From an uncultured candidate division Zixibacteria bacterium (GTDB lineage Bacteria; Zixibacteria; MSB-5A5; RBG-16-43-9): DNA of 64,000 nt. Made by a program: the position numbers and the translations under genes. Shown here in pieces: positions 10,757 to 22,290 of the stretch. Positions within the stretch are counted from its first letter, which is position 1, and each line of letters begins with the position of its first letter. The notes beneath the pieces are model-generated. The model saw nothing but the letters and a program-made list of their open reading frames with translations. It was not told the DNA's origin and searched no databases. Location of the stretch: assembly GCA_963713865.1 (NCBI GenBank), contig OY970208.1, positions 1,600,001-1,664,000 of the forward strand. Direction: 5' to 3'.

Positions 10757-10949
10757 AATCCTTAGAAAAATATTGAAAAGGTCTGGCAGGGTGCCTGACC
10801 TACGAGGGATTGAATCTGAATTGTAAAGCTTTAGCTTTACCTTTAATTCATTAACAACCTGTGGTACAAATGCTGGCAAACCTAAAGGTTTACACTTCAC
10901 GAAGTCTGGTAAATATTTGAACAATATAAAATTATCCTCAAAAAAAGGC

Positions 10950-10977
10950 TTGACAAATTTCGTTTATTAGTTATAAT
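10950..10977 (+). promoter_or_regulatory. Sigma70-type promoter upstream of the porU operon
   Basis: TTGACA, 16-nt spacer, TATAAT. Confidence 0.7.
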
Positions 10978-11170
10978 GTTGGCAAGAAAAGAAAGGATTT
11001 GCCTATAGATTATAGTTAAAGGGTATTTTGTGTTTTTGAAAGACAAATTTTGGTTCTAAAAGAGGAGTATCCCTTTAACTATGAGGCATCTTATCTTCCG
11101 AGCAGAAAACCCACTAAGGCGGATTAAAACTTCTCGGTTTTTTATTTGTTCAGATTTGAATCCATTAGAT

Positions 11171-14100
11171 ATGACTAAAAGGATAGTATTACCTCTTATC
11201 CTCCTCTGCCTGATTCTGCCGCTTTACGTTTACGCTTCAAATGAGTATAGCGATATCCAGATTTTAAGGTCAGACGAAAAGGGGATAGTTTTCAGATATA
11301 AGGTTCCTGAATTGACTTCGTCAAAATATAACAAGGGTGATACTCTTTTCGATATCTTGAGTATTGATAAATGTCCCCTTTCCAAGGATCCGGGATACCC
11401 TCAGGGTGCCAGCAAGAATTGTGGTGATCGGGATTCCACTGGGAAGTCAGATAGATGTTAGAATTTTAGAAGGGAATAGTCTGGAGAAAGGAAAGCTCAA
11501 TTTACCACGTTTTGAAGAAAGGCTTATAAACGAAGAAGGGCAGGAGTCAAGGAAATTACCAGAAAATATATATAATAAAGATATATTTTATCCTGAGAAG
11601 ATTGTGAGTTTTGACTATCCTACTTTTATGCGGAACCAGAGGATTTTGAGGCTGAAAATATTCCCGGTTCAATATAATCCTCTGAGAAAAGCGATAAAAT
11701 ACTATTCCGATATCACCATAGCAGTCGATTTTGCTGGAGGTGAAAAGAACGAGGGTAAAATAGAAAAAGATTTATTTGAAAACGTATTCAGAGAAACCAT
11801 TTTGAATTATGAGGTAGCGAAAATCTGGAGGAAAACCAAGGAGACAGGTTTAAAGAAAGTTTTACAGGTTAATCCTTTCAGTTACTCGGACACCTGGTAC
11901 AAAATTACTCTCAGGGATAATAGCATCTATAAATTAGATGGTAACTATCTGGCTAATGCCGGGATAAACCTGTCTTCTATTAATCCGCAGAAGATAAGAA
12001 TCTTTAATGGGGGAGGGAAAGTCCTTCCACTGTTGAATAAAGATCCTCGTCCAGAGTTGAAAGAGGTTGCTATATTTGTTTCAGATGGAGGGGATAATAA
12101 ATTCGACTCATCTGATTTTATCTTATTTTATGGCTGGTCTGTGAATAACTGGGAATATGATTCTACTTATGGGGGATACAAATATTATCTAAACCCTTAT
12201 ACCAGGGAAAATGTTTTCTGGCTTACTTTTACAGGAGACTTTCCGGATTCTGCTAAAAGGATGGAGATAAAAGATGGGAGTTTGCTTGATCCACATCCCT
12301 TTATCTTCACAAAATCTAAGGAAAGAATTCATATGGAGAGTGATGTAATGCTCCATGAAGTTGATGGGACCCCTTATGATTATTTTCAATGGTACTGGAA
12401 AGACGGCACTTCTTTTACCTTATACCAACCTTTATCCAATGTCCTTCCGGGAGATACTGCTGTTATTAAGGTCAGGCATACATCCAGTAGTATCTCTTCT
12501 ATTGTTCTTAACTCCACTCCTTCAATGATAGACTCAACCAAAAGAGACAAACTGTTTAATTATATCACCACAGCACGTTCTATAGACTTAGATAGCGGAT
12601 TAAACACCCTTCAAATCAGTTTTCCCTCTTGGATATATTTAGATTACTATGAAATCGAATACTGGAAAAAACTTATCTGTTCTGATAATCAGCTCTGGTT
12701 TGAAAATCAGGATACATCTGATATAATAGAGTATAGGATCACTGGTTTCAATGGAATCGCTCCCTATCTTTTTGAGATAGACGATAGATTTGAAGTAAAG
12801 AAATTTGAGAATCTAACCAGAAGTGTTGATACGATAAGATTTCAGGATCAGGTTACAGGAGGAGAGAAAAAGCAGTTTTACTTAGCGGATCAGTCTAAAT
12901 TCAAGACTCCGATTTCACTGACTTTAAACCAGATGGCTGATTTGAGAGATGTTTCAAATCAGGCTGACCTTTTGGTGATTACCCATTCTGATTTTTATGA
13001 CCAGCTGCAGGAATATAAAAGTCTTAGAGAAAACCTGAATCTTAGAGTCAAGTTAGTTGAAGTTCAAGACATATATGATGAGTTCTCCTGGGGGCTTTTC
13101 GATCCGGTAGCGATTAGAGATTTTATTAAATTCGCTTATGAAAACTGGGATGGTCAGGCACCAGCTTATGTTCTTTTAGTAGGGGATGGAACCTATGATT
13201 ATAAAGACCTTTTAGGCACCCATTCACCTAACTGGATCCCTCCTTTTGTAGCTAATCCATCGATCGATATATCGGTCTCGGATGATAACTACGCTTATTT
13301 CGGCAACTATGGCTATCTGGATGAGGATAGTAACGGGGTGGTGGATATGTTCATAGGGAGATGGCCTGTTAAAACTAATCAGGACGTGCAAATTATAATA
13401 AATAAAATCAAAGATTATGAAACTTCTCCAGAATTGAATACCTGGAGAAATTTGATAACCTTAGTGGCAGATGATGAGTTCGGACCACCGGGGATTAATG
13501 ACGAATGGGAACACACCGTTTATACAGAAAGTTTATCTAAAGAGCATATTCAAAAGAGTTTTAATCTGAACAAAATTTATCTAATGGAATATCCCAAAGA
13601 TGTCAACGGGAAAAAGCCTGAGGCAGAAGAGGCTATTGTAAATGCCTTTAATAACGGAACAGTAATTATCAATTATATGGGACACGGGAATCCCAATGTC
13701 TGGGCACATGAATATGTTTTTAAAAGGGAACAGGATATCCCACGGTTGAAGAATAAAAAAAGATTACCCTTAGTTTATGTAGCATCCTGTAGTATAGGAA
13801 ATTTCTATAATCCTTATGCTGAAGGGATGGGCGAGGAGTTTTTGAGAGCAGAGGAAAAAGGCGCAATCTCTGTAATCTCTGCTACCTGGCTGGTCTATGC
13901 CACGGAAAATGCCATGTTAAATTACAAAGTTTATGACCTGCTTTTAAGATCTAACTCACTATACTCCATATCCGAAGCATTATATATCGCCAAACTTTTA
14001 AGGGGCTATAATAGTAATGATCGCCAGTATATTATCATAGGAGACCCATTGACTTTTTTAGCTTCTCCTGAACTACAGGTCAGGTTGAAAGATTTGAATC

Positions 14101-15165
14101 CGGATACACTTTCAGCTCTGAGCCGGATCAATTTTAAAGGCGAAGTAACAGGCAGAGAAGGAAATATTAAAGCAGATTTTAATGGAACTGCTAATCTTTT
14201 AGCTTTTGATTCAGAAAGACAGAGGACTCATATGATCCGTAATCAGTCTGGTGAAATAGTGGATAGTGTGAAATATAATCTGCCGGGGAATGTGATGTTC
14301 AGAGGAATCGCCCTGGTTCAAAATGGAGAGTTTACAGGTAACTTTATAGTGCCTAAGGATATTGGTTACGGAGGTAAAAACGCAAAGATCAGTGCTTATG
14401 TGGTTAATTCTGATTCCAGCATTGATGGTGCAGGAGCTTTAGATTCCCTTATAGTAGCTGGGACTGATACCACGGTAAAAGACAATTTGGGTCCACAAAT
14501 ATCGATTTTATTTGAAGAGAATCTGAAATTTACAGATGGGGATACAGTTAAGCCAGAACCCTAACCTTATAGTTTATATAAATGATCCCCAGGGGATTAA
14601 TCTCACCGGTGAATTAGGACACGGGATCACGTTAATTATTGATGATGATTGGGAAAATATACAGGATTTGACTTCAAATTTCCAATACGATTTAAACAAT
14701 TACACACAGGGAAGTCTCAGACAAAAATTGAACTTAAAAGATGGGGAACATACGCTGAAAATAAAAGCCTGGGATAATGCCAATAACTCAACTCTTCAAA
14801 GTTTTCTGGTGAAGGTCTTGTCCGTAGATAAAGAATTATCAATTACCGAGGCGATGAACTATCCAAATCCTTTTTCCACAAAGAATCATGGTTCCACCCA
14901 ATTCACCTATGAGCTTTCAGTTCCTGCTGAAAAGGTGGAGGTAAAGATATTCACTATATCAGGCAGGTTAATCAAAATTATATCTGGAACTGGCTCCCCC
15001 GGGTTTAACTCCGGGGTAATCTGGGATGGAAGGGATGAAGATGAAGATAGGGTAGCTAATGGAGTGTATATTTATAAAATCATAGCAGAAACAAAATATA
15101 ATTCTGGAGGAAAGGAAACAACCAAAAAGGCTGAAGCCATAGGAAAAGCAGTGGTTATGAACTGA
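11171..15165 (+). CDS. porU: Type IX secretion sortase PorU (peptidase C25), split by two +1 frameshifts (~11405 and ~14557)
   Basis: Signal peptide from ATG 11171 and C25 propeptide. YVLLVGDG, GRWP, ADD, GHG and ASC catalytic motifs. GHGI, KAWDNANN and NYPNPF CTD lie in the third frame. Confidence 0.85.
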
Positions 15166-15238
15166 AACTGTTTCTTCTTGCTCAGCTTAAAGCAAAATTA
15201 TATATTAAATTGATAACAAACTCAAGGAGGTAGCATTT

Positions 15239-17929
15239 ATGCGACGTTTTCTTCTTACTGGCTGGCTTTTCATAGTAGTGCTTTTTCTGGCAGTAGAATC
15301 TTTTGCGCAGGTAAGTCTATCCACTGTTCTTTTCTTAAGGATTGCGGCTGGCGCAAGAGCTGCAGGTATGGGTGAATCTTTCGTAGCTATAGCGGATGAT
15401 GCCACAGCCACTCACTGGAATCCGGCTGGTTTAGGGCTTTATCCTTTAGCCAGTACCTGGTTAGATTATAAGGGAAAAGCTGAGTATAGATTCAAATCCT
15501 TAGCCCTTTTAGGCAATGACAATCCAGAGAGCAATTATAAAAGACATGATCTCTGGGCTATCTCCGGGACTGAGCTTTATACCTGGACCGGTCAAGAATG
15601 GCAGAGTTTTCTTTCTTACCCGGTTTCTTCTGGAGAGACGGCTGAAAGTATTGTGAGGAAATATACTCAGGAAAAAGATGAAAATAGATTGAAGAAGATG
15701 TTAGCACAGGTGGGCTGGCAGAATTGCGGAATAAGCAAAGATTCACTGGAAAATCTAAAAGGAACAGTTTTATCTTTTATGCCACAGGACTCCTCCCGTC
15801 TGGCAGACTTAGAAAAAGGTTTGGGTGATCTTATTACTGCCCTGGAAAATTCTCTTTTAGAGCGTCAAGCTCTTAAAGAGTTTTTAAACCTTACTGGAAA
15901 TGCAGTTAAAGATAGTTCCATTACCGTCCAGGAAGAAGAGTTGATTTTAAATTCAGCCAGAAAGACCATCCTAAAGTCACTTCCAGTGGTTCTTGAGCTC
16001 CCTTATAGTATTATATTTTTAGATTCTCTCAACTCTCTATCTTCAGACGATAAAACTCTCTGGGTAGGTGCTAATAGTGGATTATATAAATTCGATGGTA
16101 AAGAGTGGAGAAGATTTACCTCAGTAGATGGTCTTCCTACAGATGGGGTTTATTCCCTGGCTTTCAGTCCTGCTGGCACAATCTGGATCGGAACAGACAG
16201 CGGAGTAGTCAAGTTCGATGGCAAAGTATTTAACAGAATCTATTTAGCCCCGGAGGTCAGGGATTACAGGGTAACACATATTGCAGCCAGAAGTGATAAA
16301 GAGGTCTGGGCCGCCACTTCCAAGGAGCTTATGAAGTTCGATGGAGCTCTTTTTATTCCCTATTATATCTTTAATGTTAAATCCTTTGAAGAACTAAGCC
16401 AGGGGGTAAAGAAGTTTTTAGACCGAGAGGACGAGGAGAATCTGAACTTGGTATTGAAAAGGGTCGAGGCTCTAAATTATGTAGTGAATGAGCAGGTTTA
16501 TCCAAACCAGCCTATAAAGATAGAGTATGGTTTAGCTTTAGAGGGAAAGGTAACCTGCCTGACTTTTGACCGGAAAGGGAGCCTGTTGGTCGGGACTGAA
16601 ACCGGTTTCCTAAAATTTGAAGATGGAAAGTGGAAAAGATATGGATACAGAAAATATGAAGTAAAAAATGAGAAAACAGTTGAAGAGGTAGCAGAAAAGT
16701 TTTTACCTTACAAAGATAAAGAGAGGGTCGAGGATATCGCTGGGAAGATTATGGAGTACAATCACCTGTCAACCAACGAGTTGAAACCAGGGCAAAAGCT
16801 TTATGTGTATGCCAATTCCTTGGGCAGTCAGATACTTTCTATAACTATGGCAGGTGAGGATAATCTTTTCGTGGGAACTGAATTCGGAACTTTGAGATTT
16901 GACGGAGAGAACTGGGGAAAATATTATCATGCAGACTTAGAGAGAGCAAAGGCCCATACTGTTATCTATAAAGATAAAGATATTTTCTTTGGCACAGATA
17001 ATAAAGCGGTGATCTATGCTCATGCCAAAAGGGAGCTTACTTTTATGCACGCTAACCTTTTGCCAGAGCTAGCTGAGGACGTTTATTATGAATACCTGTC
17101 CTATGTTCAGAACACTGAGAACTGGGGAACTCTTGGCGGCAACATTACTTTCATATCCTATGGTTCAATCCCCCGGACAGAATCCAGTCCAGAAGTGGTA
17201 GGTGAACTAAATCCATATGAAGCTGCGATAACTCTCTCCTACGGTACAAGTATGGGAAAGAGATTATCCTTAGGTCTGGGTGCAAAGTTTATCTATAGTC
17301 ATCTTTCTGACCAGGGAGCTGGTAAGGAGCGGGGAAGTGGCACTGGTTCCTCTTTTGCCATTGATGCGGGGATCATTAATAAGGAAGCTCCTTCATGGGC
17401 CAAGTATCTAATTTCTACTGGGTCTCTTGGTGCGCTTATTACGGATTTTAAAGTATTTAGCAAGTATCCGATGGTTTATCTTTCACCTCTATCCGCAATC
17501 CTTAGCAAAAGACTAACTTTAGGTGCGGCGGTTACCAATTTAGGACCGGATGTTTCCTATATTGACGTGGATCAAGCTGATCCTTTACCCCGGAACTTAG
17601 CTTTAGGGTTTGCCGCTAAGATTTTCGATACACCTTATAACAAACTCACTGCAGTTGGTGAGGTCAATAAGGAGTTAGTGGATGTGAGTGGAGATGTAAA
17701 GAAGATGATGGAGCAGGCAGTCAAAAATGTGGGATTAGAATATTGGTATGCTAATTATATAGCTCTGAGAGCAGGTTACATCTATGACAAGGTTGGAGAT
17801 ATAAAGACTTACACCTTCGGCTTTGGGTTGAGGATTAACCTTTTGAGAATAGATTTTGCCTATGTTCCAGCCAATCAGAATGTGGCTCTGGCTAATACTA
17901 CCAGGGTCTCAGGAACAATGAGATTTTAA
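15239..17929 (+). CDS. porV: PorV-family outer membrane protein with a large beta-propeller/LysM-like insertion
   Basis: FLRIAAGARAAGMGE...WNPAGL N-terminus. Barrel resumes at FMHANLLP...YYEYL, with DPLPRNL and LRAGY. Lies directly after porU. Confidence 0.75.
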   Translation: MRRFLLTGWLFIVVLFLAVESFAQVSLSTVLFLRIAAGARAAGMGESFVAIADDATATHWNPAGLGLYPLASTWLDYKGKAEYRFKSLALLGNDNPESNYKRHDLWAISGTELYTWTGQEWQSFLSYPVSSGETAESIVRKYTQEKDENRLKKMLAQVGWQNCGISKDSLENLKGTVLSFMPQDSSRLADLEKGLGDLITALENSLLERQALKEFLNLTGNAVKDSSITVQEEELILNSARKTILKSLPVVLELPYSIIFLDSLNSLSSDDKTLWVGANSGLYKFDGKEWRRFTSVDGLPTDGVYSLAFSPAGTIWIGTDSGVVKFDGKVFNRIYLAPEVRDYRVTHIAARSDKEVWAATSKELMKFDGALFIPYYIFNVKSFEELSQGVKKFLDREDEENLNLVLKRVEALNYVVNEQVYPNQPIKIEYGLALEGKVTCLTFDRKGSLLVGTETGFLKFEDGKWKRYGYRKYEVKNEKTVEEVAEKFLPYKDKERVEDIAGKIMEYNHLSTNELKPGQKLYVYANSLGSQILSITMAGEDNLFVGTEFGTLRFDGENWGKYYHADLERAKAHTVIYKDKDIFFGTDNKAVIYAHAKRELTFMHANLLPELAEDVYYEYLSYVQNTENWGTLGGNITFISYGSIPRTESSPEVVGELNPYEAAITLSYGTSMGKRLSLGLGAKFIYSHLSDQGAGKERGSGTGSSFAIDAGIINKEAPSWAKYLISTGSLGALITDFKVFSKYPMVYLSPLSAILSKRLTLGAAVTNLGPDVSYIDVDQADPLPRNLALGFAAKIFDTPYNKLTAVGEVNKELVDVSGDVKKMMEQAVKNVGLEYWYANYIALRAGYIYDKVGDIKTYTFGFGLRINLLRIDFAYVPANQNVALANTTRVSGTMRF

Positions 17930-17945
17930 GTCAACAAGGGATTAA

Positions 17946-20900
17946 ATGGATAAAAATCATAGCTTGAATAAACGAACGAATACTGTTATGTTGAGTCCGC
18001 CACAGGCGGACGAAGCATCTAAATCCCAGGCAGAAGATAGATTCTTCTCCTGCCTTTGGCGGGATCAGAATGACAGGTCTGTTTTTATTTTATTTTTTCT
18101 TTTTCTCTTTTCCCTGATAGCTTATCCCTCTTTTGCTGACGAGAGCAGGATTTTTGAAATCAAAGGGTTAAAGAAAACTGAAAAACAATTGCAGGAAGCA
18201 AAACCCGAATTTATAAGCCGGATCTCCCAGAAAAACCTGTTGGGATTGAAAAGAAAAGGGAAATTTGCACTGCCAGTTTTAGGAGAAGAATATTATGCAC
18301 AAGCAGAGACATTAAAGGTTCTGGGAATCAGGGTTGAATTCGAAGAAGAAATTCCCGATGATCCCAAAACTACGGGAGATGGACTGTTCGACCGCAGAAC
18401 CTACCAACAGCATTATGCAGATGAAGGGTATATTATCGATCCTCCGCCTCACTATAGAAAGTATTTTTTAGCTCACCTGAGAGCTCTTAACAATTACTGG
18501 AATACGGTCTCTAATGGAAAATTAGTTTTAAAATATGAAGTCTATCCATTAGATGAAACCTTAACTTATCAACTGCCTCATACTATCTCTTATTATGGAG
18601 ATCCTGCATCCCCTTATTATCCTTTTGAAGGGTTAAGGCAGTTCTTTCATGATTCTTTTCATTTAGCGGATTCGGCCTCCTCCCCGAAAATAGATTTCTC
18701 AGAGTATGATTGTTTTATAATCTTTCACGCTGGCTCAGATAAACAGAGCGATCTGGGGAGTTTCTCACCTACTTATACCCCGAATGACCTTTTTACCGGT
18801 TTTATCGTTACCGGAGATACAGTTCTGGTAGATGGTGGCAGTTTTGGGATCACCGAGGGAGTACTAATGCCCGAAACCAGGTCCCAGGATAGCCGTATCG
18901 GGGCTTTGAATGCGGTTTTTGCCCATGAGTTCGGGCATCAATTGGGACTGCCGGATTTCTACAATACTAATACCTTTACCACCCAGATAGGGGATTTCTC
19001 CCTAATGGATAATAATGGGTTGGATGTGGGGATCGATCTGGACAGCTGTAGAAGTCCAGTTAACGGTCTTTTACCGGTTTATCCGGATGCCTGGGGAAAA
19101 GCTTATTTAGGTTATATACAACCAGTTGAGATTTTGAACCAGAATGATGTTCAGCTTTATGCATCTGAGTTGTTAAGTGCAGGAGACACACAAACAGTTA
19201 AGGTGCCTATCAATTCAGAAGAATATTTTCTTATTGAGAATCGGCAGACTGATATTGATAATTCAGTTACTAATCTTTTAGCAGACAGTACTACTGGTGT
19301 AGTTTTAGGTCCGGTAAACAACTCAAAACAGCCTAATCGCGAATACGATTTTCTTCTGCCCGGCTCAGGGATTTTGATCTGGCACATTGACGAAGGGGTG
19401 GCTTATTCTGATTTTGATAACGATGGGATAAATAACTTTGATGAGAATGAATTACAAAATAACAAGGACCGGAGATTTATAACCCTGGAAGAGGCGGATG
19501 GAATCATCGATTTCGGCGGGAATTATTATACCGGTTATGGATCGCAGGAAGATATGTATTATCTGGGGAACAACTCCAATTTCACTCCTTACACTTTCCC
19601 CTCCAGCCGGTCTAATAATCGATCTGAAACCCATATATATGTAACCAATATCGGGAGACAAGATACAGTGATGAGCTTTAATGTAAAAAACGATATTTTC
19701 CTTTCAGGCTGGCCTCAGAGGATTATCCCTGGTTCTGATAACAGCTCTTTAGTCTATGGGGATTTAGACGGGGATGGAAAAGAGGAGATAGTCACCGCTT
19801 CAGGAAGACTGATTTATGCTTGGAGAAAGGACGGCTCTAAATTTATTCCAAATTCGGATTCAATCGGAATTTTGGGACTGGATGAGGAATATCATTATTA
19901 TCCTCTGGCTGTTTTTGCAGAAGCGGATACCACCGTTGTTGGCACGCCTTCTTTAGGAGATTTAGATGGAGATGGGATATTAGAGGTAGTCGTGGGAACT
20001 ATGAGTGGTGAGCTTTGTATCTGGCATGCTGAGGACTCAGATTCAAATGGAAGAGCGGATCATTTTATGAATTATAAAGTAGGCAATAAAATCTCAATGA
20101 CAGCTGTCATTGCAGATTTTAATTCTGACGATCCTGGTCCTGAGGTATTTGTCGGAGCGGAGGATGGTAAATGGGTAATGCTGGCTTTTGGTGAATATGT
20201 CATAGCTATCACTGAGGGGAATTATAATGAAAAAATTATCGGGCTGGCTACTACAGATATTGATAGTATAAGTTTTGTTTTAACTGAGAATGATCAATCA
20301 GGTCATTTAAGAAGAACAGATGATTCAGCGGGCTGGATAAAAGATATTCCCTCCAAAAATAATTTCCCTCCAGTGGTTGGGGATATAAACCGGGATAATA
20401 AATTAGAGGTGATAGTTCTTTCTGGAGATGGAAAAATCTATGCCTGGGATATTGATGGTAACCTGTTATCAGGTTTTCCGGTTATAGTAGGGGATATAAG
20501 ATCAGGTCCGGCCTTAGGGGATATTGATGCAGATGGGTATTTAGAGATTATATTTGGCGGTGATAATAAAGTTTATGCTTATAATTATAATGGAGCAATG
20601 GTTACTAATTTCCCGTTTATCATAAATAAAGTGGAGCCAGCCGGGGCAATTTCTTCAACGCCTGTTTTGGGAGATTTGAACGGAGATGGAAATGTTGAAA
20701 TAATTTTCGGACTAAAAGATGGTCAGGTTTTTGCCTTACAGGGTGATGGTTCCAGGTTTACCAGTTTTCCTTTAGCTCTGAGCGGAGAGATTACTTCTTC
20801 CGGTATAGTTTTGAATGATTCGATAGAGATTTACAATGAGGTCATAATTTATATGAGAAGAGACCTTTTCTTTAAAACTGGAGATGGCCTGGTCTATGGT

Positions 20901-21305
20901 TTCTCCCTGGATTTTCATAATACTGATGGAAATGAAAAGACTCCCTGGTTGATGTATGGCTATAATGCAGGACATACTAATTGTCTGCCAACGACTTTTC
21001 TTCCAGAGATACCGGTATATGCTGATCTTATGCCTGAGAAATCGGTCTATAATTATCCTAATCCAGCTAAGGATGAGACTACTATTCGATATTTTCTGAG
21101 CAGAGATGCTTCAGTTGATATAAAGATTTATGACCTTTCAGGAGATCTGGTTGCAGAAACAACCCAGATGGGCAGGAGTAATACTGAGAATGAATATAAA
21201 TGGGATTGCTCTAAATATGCCAGCGGAGTCTATCTCTGCCGGGTAGAAGTAAAATCTTCTGAAGGGAAGAAAGTAGCTTTCTGTAAGATAGCTCTGATAA
21301 AATAG
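17946..21305 (+). CDS. M6 (immune inhibitor A-like) metalloprotease with FG-GAP repeats and T9SS CTD
   Basis: HAG, HEFGHQLGLPD, EYFLIENR and GILIWHID motifs; GDLDGDG repeats; YNYPNP...SGVY CTD. Confidence 0.85.
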   Translation: MDKNHSLNKRTNTVMLSPPQADEASKSQAEDRFFSCLWRDQNDRSVFILFFLFLFSLIAYPSFADESRIFEIKGLKKTEKQLQEAKPEFISRISQKNLLGLKRKGKFALPVLGEEYYAQAETLKVLGIRVEFEEEIPDDPKTTGDGLFDRRTYQQHYADEGYIIDPPPHYRKYFLAHLRALNNYWNTVSNGKLVLKYEVYPLDETLTYQLPHTISYYGDPASPYYPFEGLRQFFHDSFHLADSASSPKIDFSEYDCFIIFHAGSDKQSDLGSFSPTYTPNDLFTGFIVTGDTVLVDGGSFGITEGVLMPETRSQDSRIGALNAVFAHEFGHQLGLPDFYNTNTFTTQIGDFSLMDNNGLDVGIDLDSCRSPVNGLLPVYPDAWGKAYLGYIQPVEILNQNDVQLYASELLSAGDTQTVKVPINSEEYFLIENRQTDIDNSVTNLLADSTTGVVLGPVNNSKQPNREYDFLLPGSGILIWHIDEGVAYSDFDNDGINNFDENELQNNKDRRFITLEEADGIIDFGGNYYTGYGSQEDMYYLGNNSNFTPYTFPSSRSNNRSETHIYVTNIGRQDTVMSFNVKNDIFLSGWPQRIIPGSDNSSLVYGDLDGDGKEEIVTASGRLIYAWRKDGSKFIPNSDSIGILGLDEEYHYYPLAVFAEADTTVVGTPSLGDLDGDGILEVVVGTMSGELCIWHAEDSDSNGRADHFMNYKVGNKISMTAVIADFNSDDPGPEVFVGAEDGKWVMLAFGEYVIAITEGNYNEKIIGLATTDIDSISFVLTENDQSGHLRRTDDSAGWIKDIPSKNNFPPVVGDINRDNKLEVIVLSGDGKIYAWDIDGNLLSGFPVIVGDIRSGPALGDIDADGYLEIIFGGDNKVYAYNYNGAMVTNFPFIINKVEPAGAISSTPVLGDLNGDGNVEIIFGLKDGQVFALQGDGSRFTSFPLALSGEITSSGIVLNDSIEIYNEVIIYMRRDLFFKTGDGLVYGFSLDFHNTDGNEKTPWLMYGYNAGHTNCLPTTFLPEIPVYADLMPEKSVYNYPNPAKDETTIRYFLSRDASVDIKIYDLSGDLVAETTQMGRSNTENEYKWDCSKYASGVYLCRVEVKSSEGKKVAFCKIALIK

Positions 21306-21396
21306 TAGAATAATAATGTAGCGGAGGTCTTCGGACCTCCATTGAAAATCAAAAATAAAAAGCAAATAGCGAACAGCAAATTACAAAGGAGGAAAG

Positions 21397-22275
21397 GTGA
21401 ATTACAAAAGATTTAAAATCGCAGGATTGGCTGTAATGATTTTGATTTTATTCTTTTGCTGGTCAAGAGCTGAGTCTTTAGATACTAACGAGGAAAATAC
21501 TCCTTCGATTAATGGCTATTTCGATCAGATAGATTATCAGAGCTCAAAACAGCTCTATAGTTTAACTCAATCTGATTCAGCAAGTAAGCCAAAGCCAAAC
21601 ATAGACGTTTATCATTTTAAAGGGAAATCCACCAAGAGAGGGTTTCTCTACTCTTTGATTTTACCCGGTGCGGGTGAATTTTATGCGGGGTCCAAAATCA
21701 AAGCTGCATTATTTGTTGGTTTAGAAACAGCTTTCTGGACTGGATATTTTACAAATCATAAAAAAGGGAAAGATAAAGAGGATCAGTACATAGATTTTGC
21801 AAATACTCACTGGAGTGAAGAGGCTTATAAAGACTCTTTGTTAAATCGTTATTTAGTAAATATTGATACGATAAAATCCGGCACCAGAATTGGTAATCCC
21901 TACGATAATACAGATTCGATTGATATCATCGAAACACTGCCTTCATCCAAGACCCAGCAGTATTATGAGATGATCGGAAAATATGACCAGTTCAGGTTCG
22001 GCTGGGACGATTATAATGGAGTCGCTTTCGAGACTGCTCACCGGATTTTTTATCTGGACTTGCGACATGATTCCAATGATCTGTTGAATAAAGCTAACCG
22101 TTATGTGATGATTTCATTGGCTAATCATTTATTGTCTGCTTTTGATGCGGCTCTGGCGGTTCGTTCCCATAATCGAAAAGGTGAGAAGTTTTCCACGATC
22201 GACGTAAAGCTGAGGCTGGCAGAATATAACAAGAATGAGATTATACCCAAACTTACGGTTAGTACAAAATTTTAA
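21397..22275 (+). CDS. Exported/membrane protein, DUF5683-like
   Basis: SLILPGAGEFY, QQYYEMIGKY and SAFDA motifs; paralog of the next gene. Confidence 0.6.
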   Translation: MNYKRFKIAGLAVMILILFFCWSRAESLDTNEENTPSINGYFDQIDYQSSKQLYSLTQSDSASKPKPNIDVYHFKGKSTKRGFLYSLILPGAGEFYAGSKIKAALFVGLETAFWTGYFTNHKKGKDKEDQYIDFANTHWSEEAYKDSLLNRYLVNIDTIKSGTRIGNPYDNTDSIDIIETLPSSKTQQYYEMIGKYDQFRFGWDDYNGVAFETAHRIFYLDLRHDSNDLLNKANRYVMISLANHLLSAFDAALAVRSHNRKGEKFSTIDVKLRLAEYNKNEIIPKLTVSTKF

Positions 22276-22290
22276 ACTGAATAAGAGAAG

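Noticed and set aside
10873-10900. GGCAAACC resembling a c-di-GMP-I riboswitch start
   Set aside because: The second stem and GCAAAGC element are missing; it fits a degenerate REP hairpin (AAACCTAAAGGTTT).
11081-11461. Separate 126-aa gene before porU
   Set aside because: It is the PorU N-terminus separated by a frameshift; the likely start is ATG 11171.
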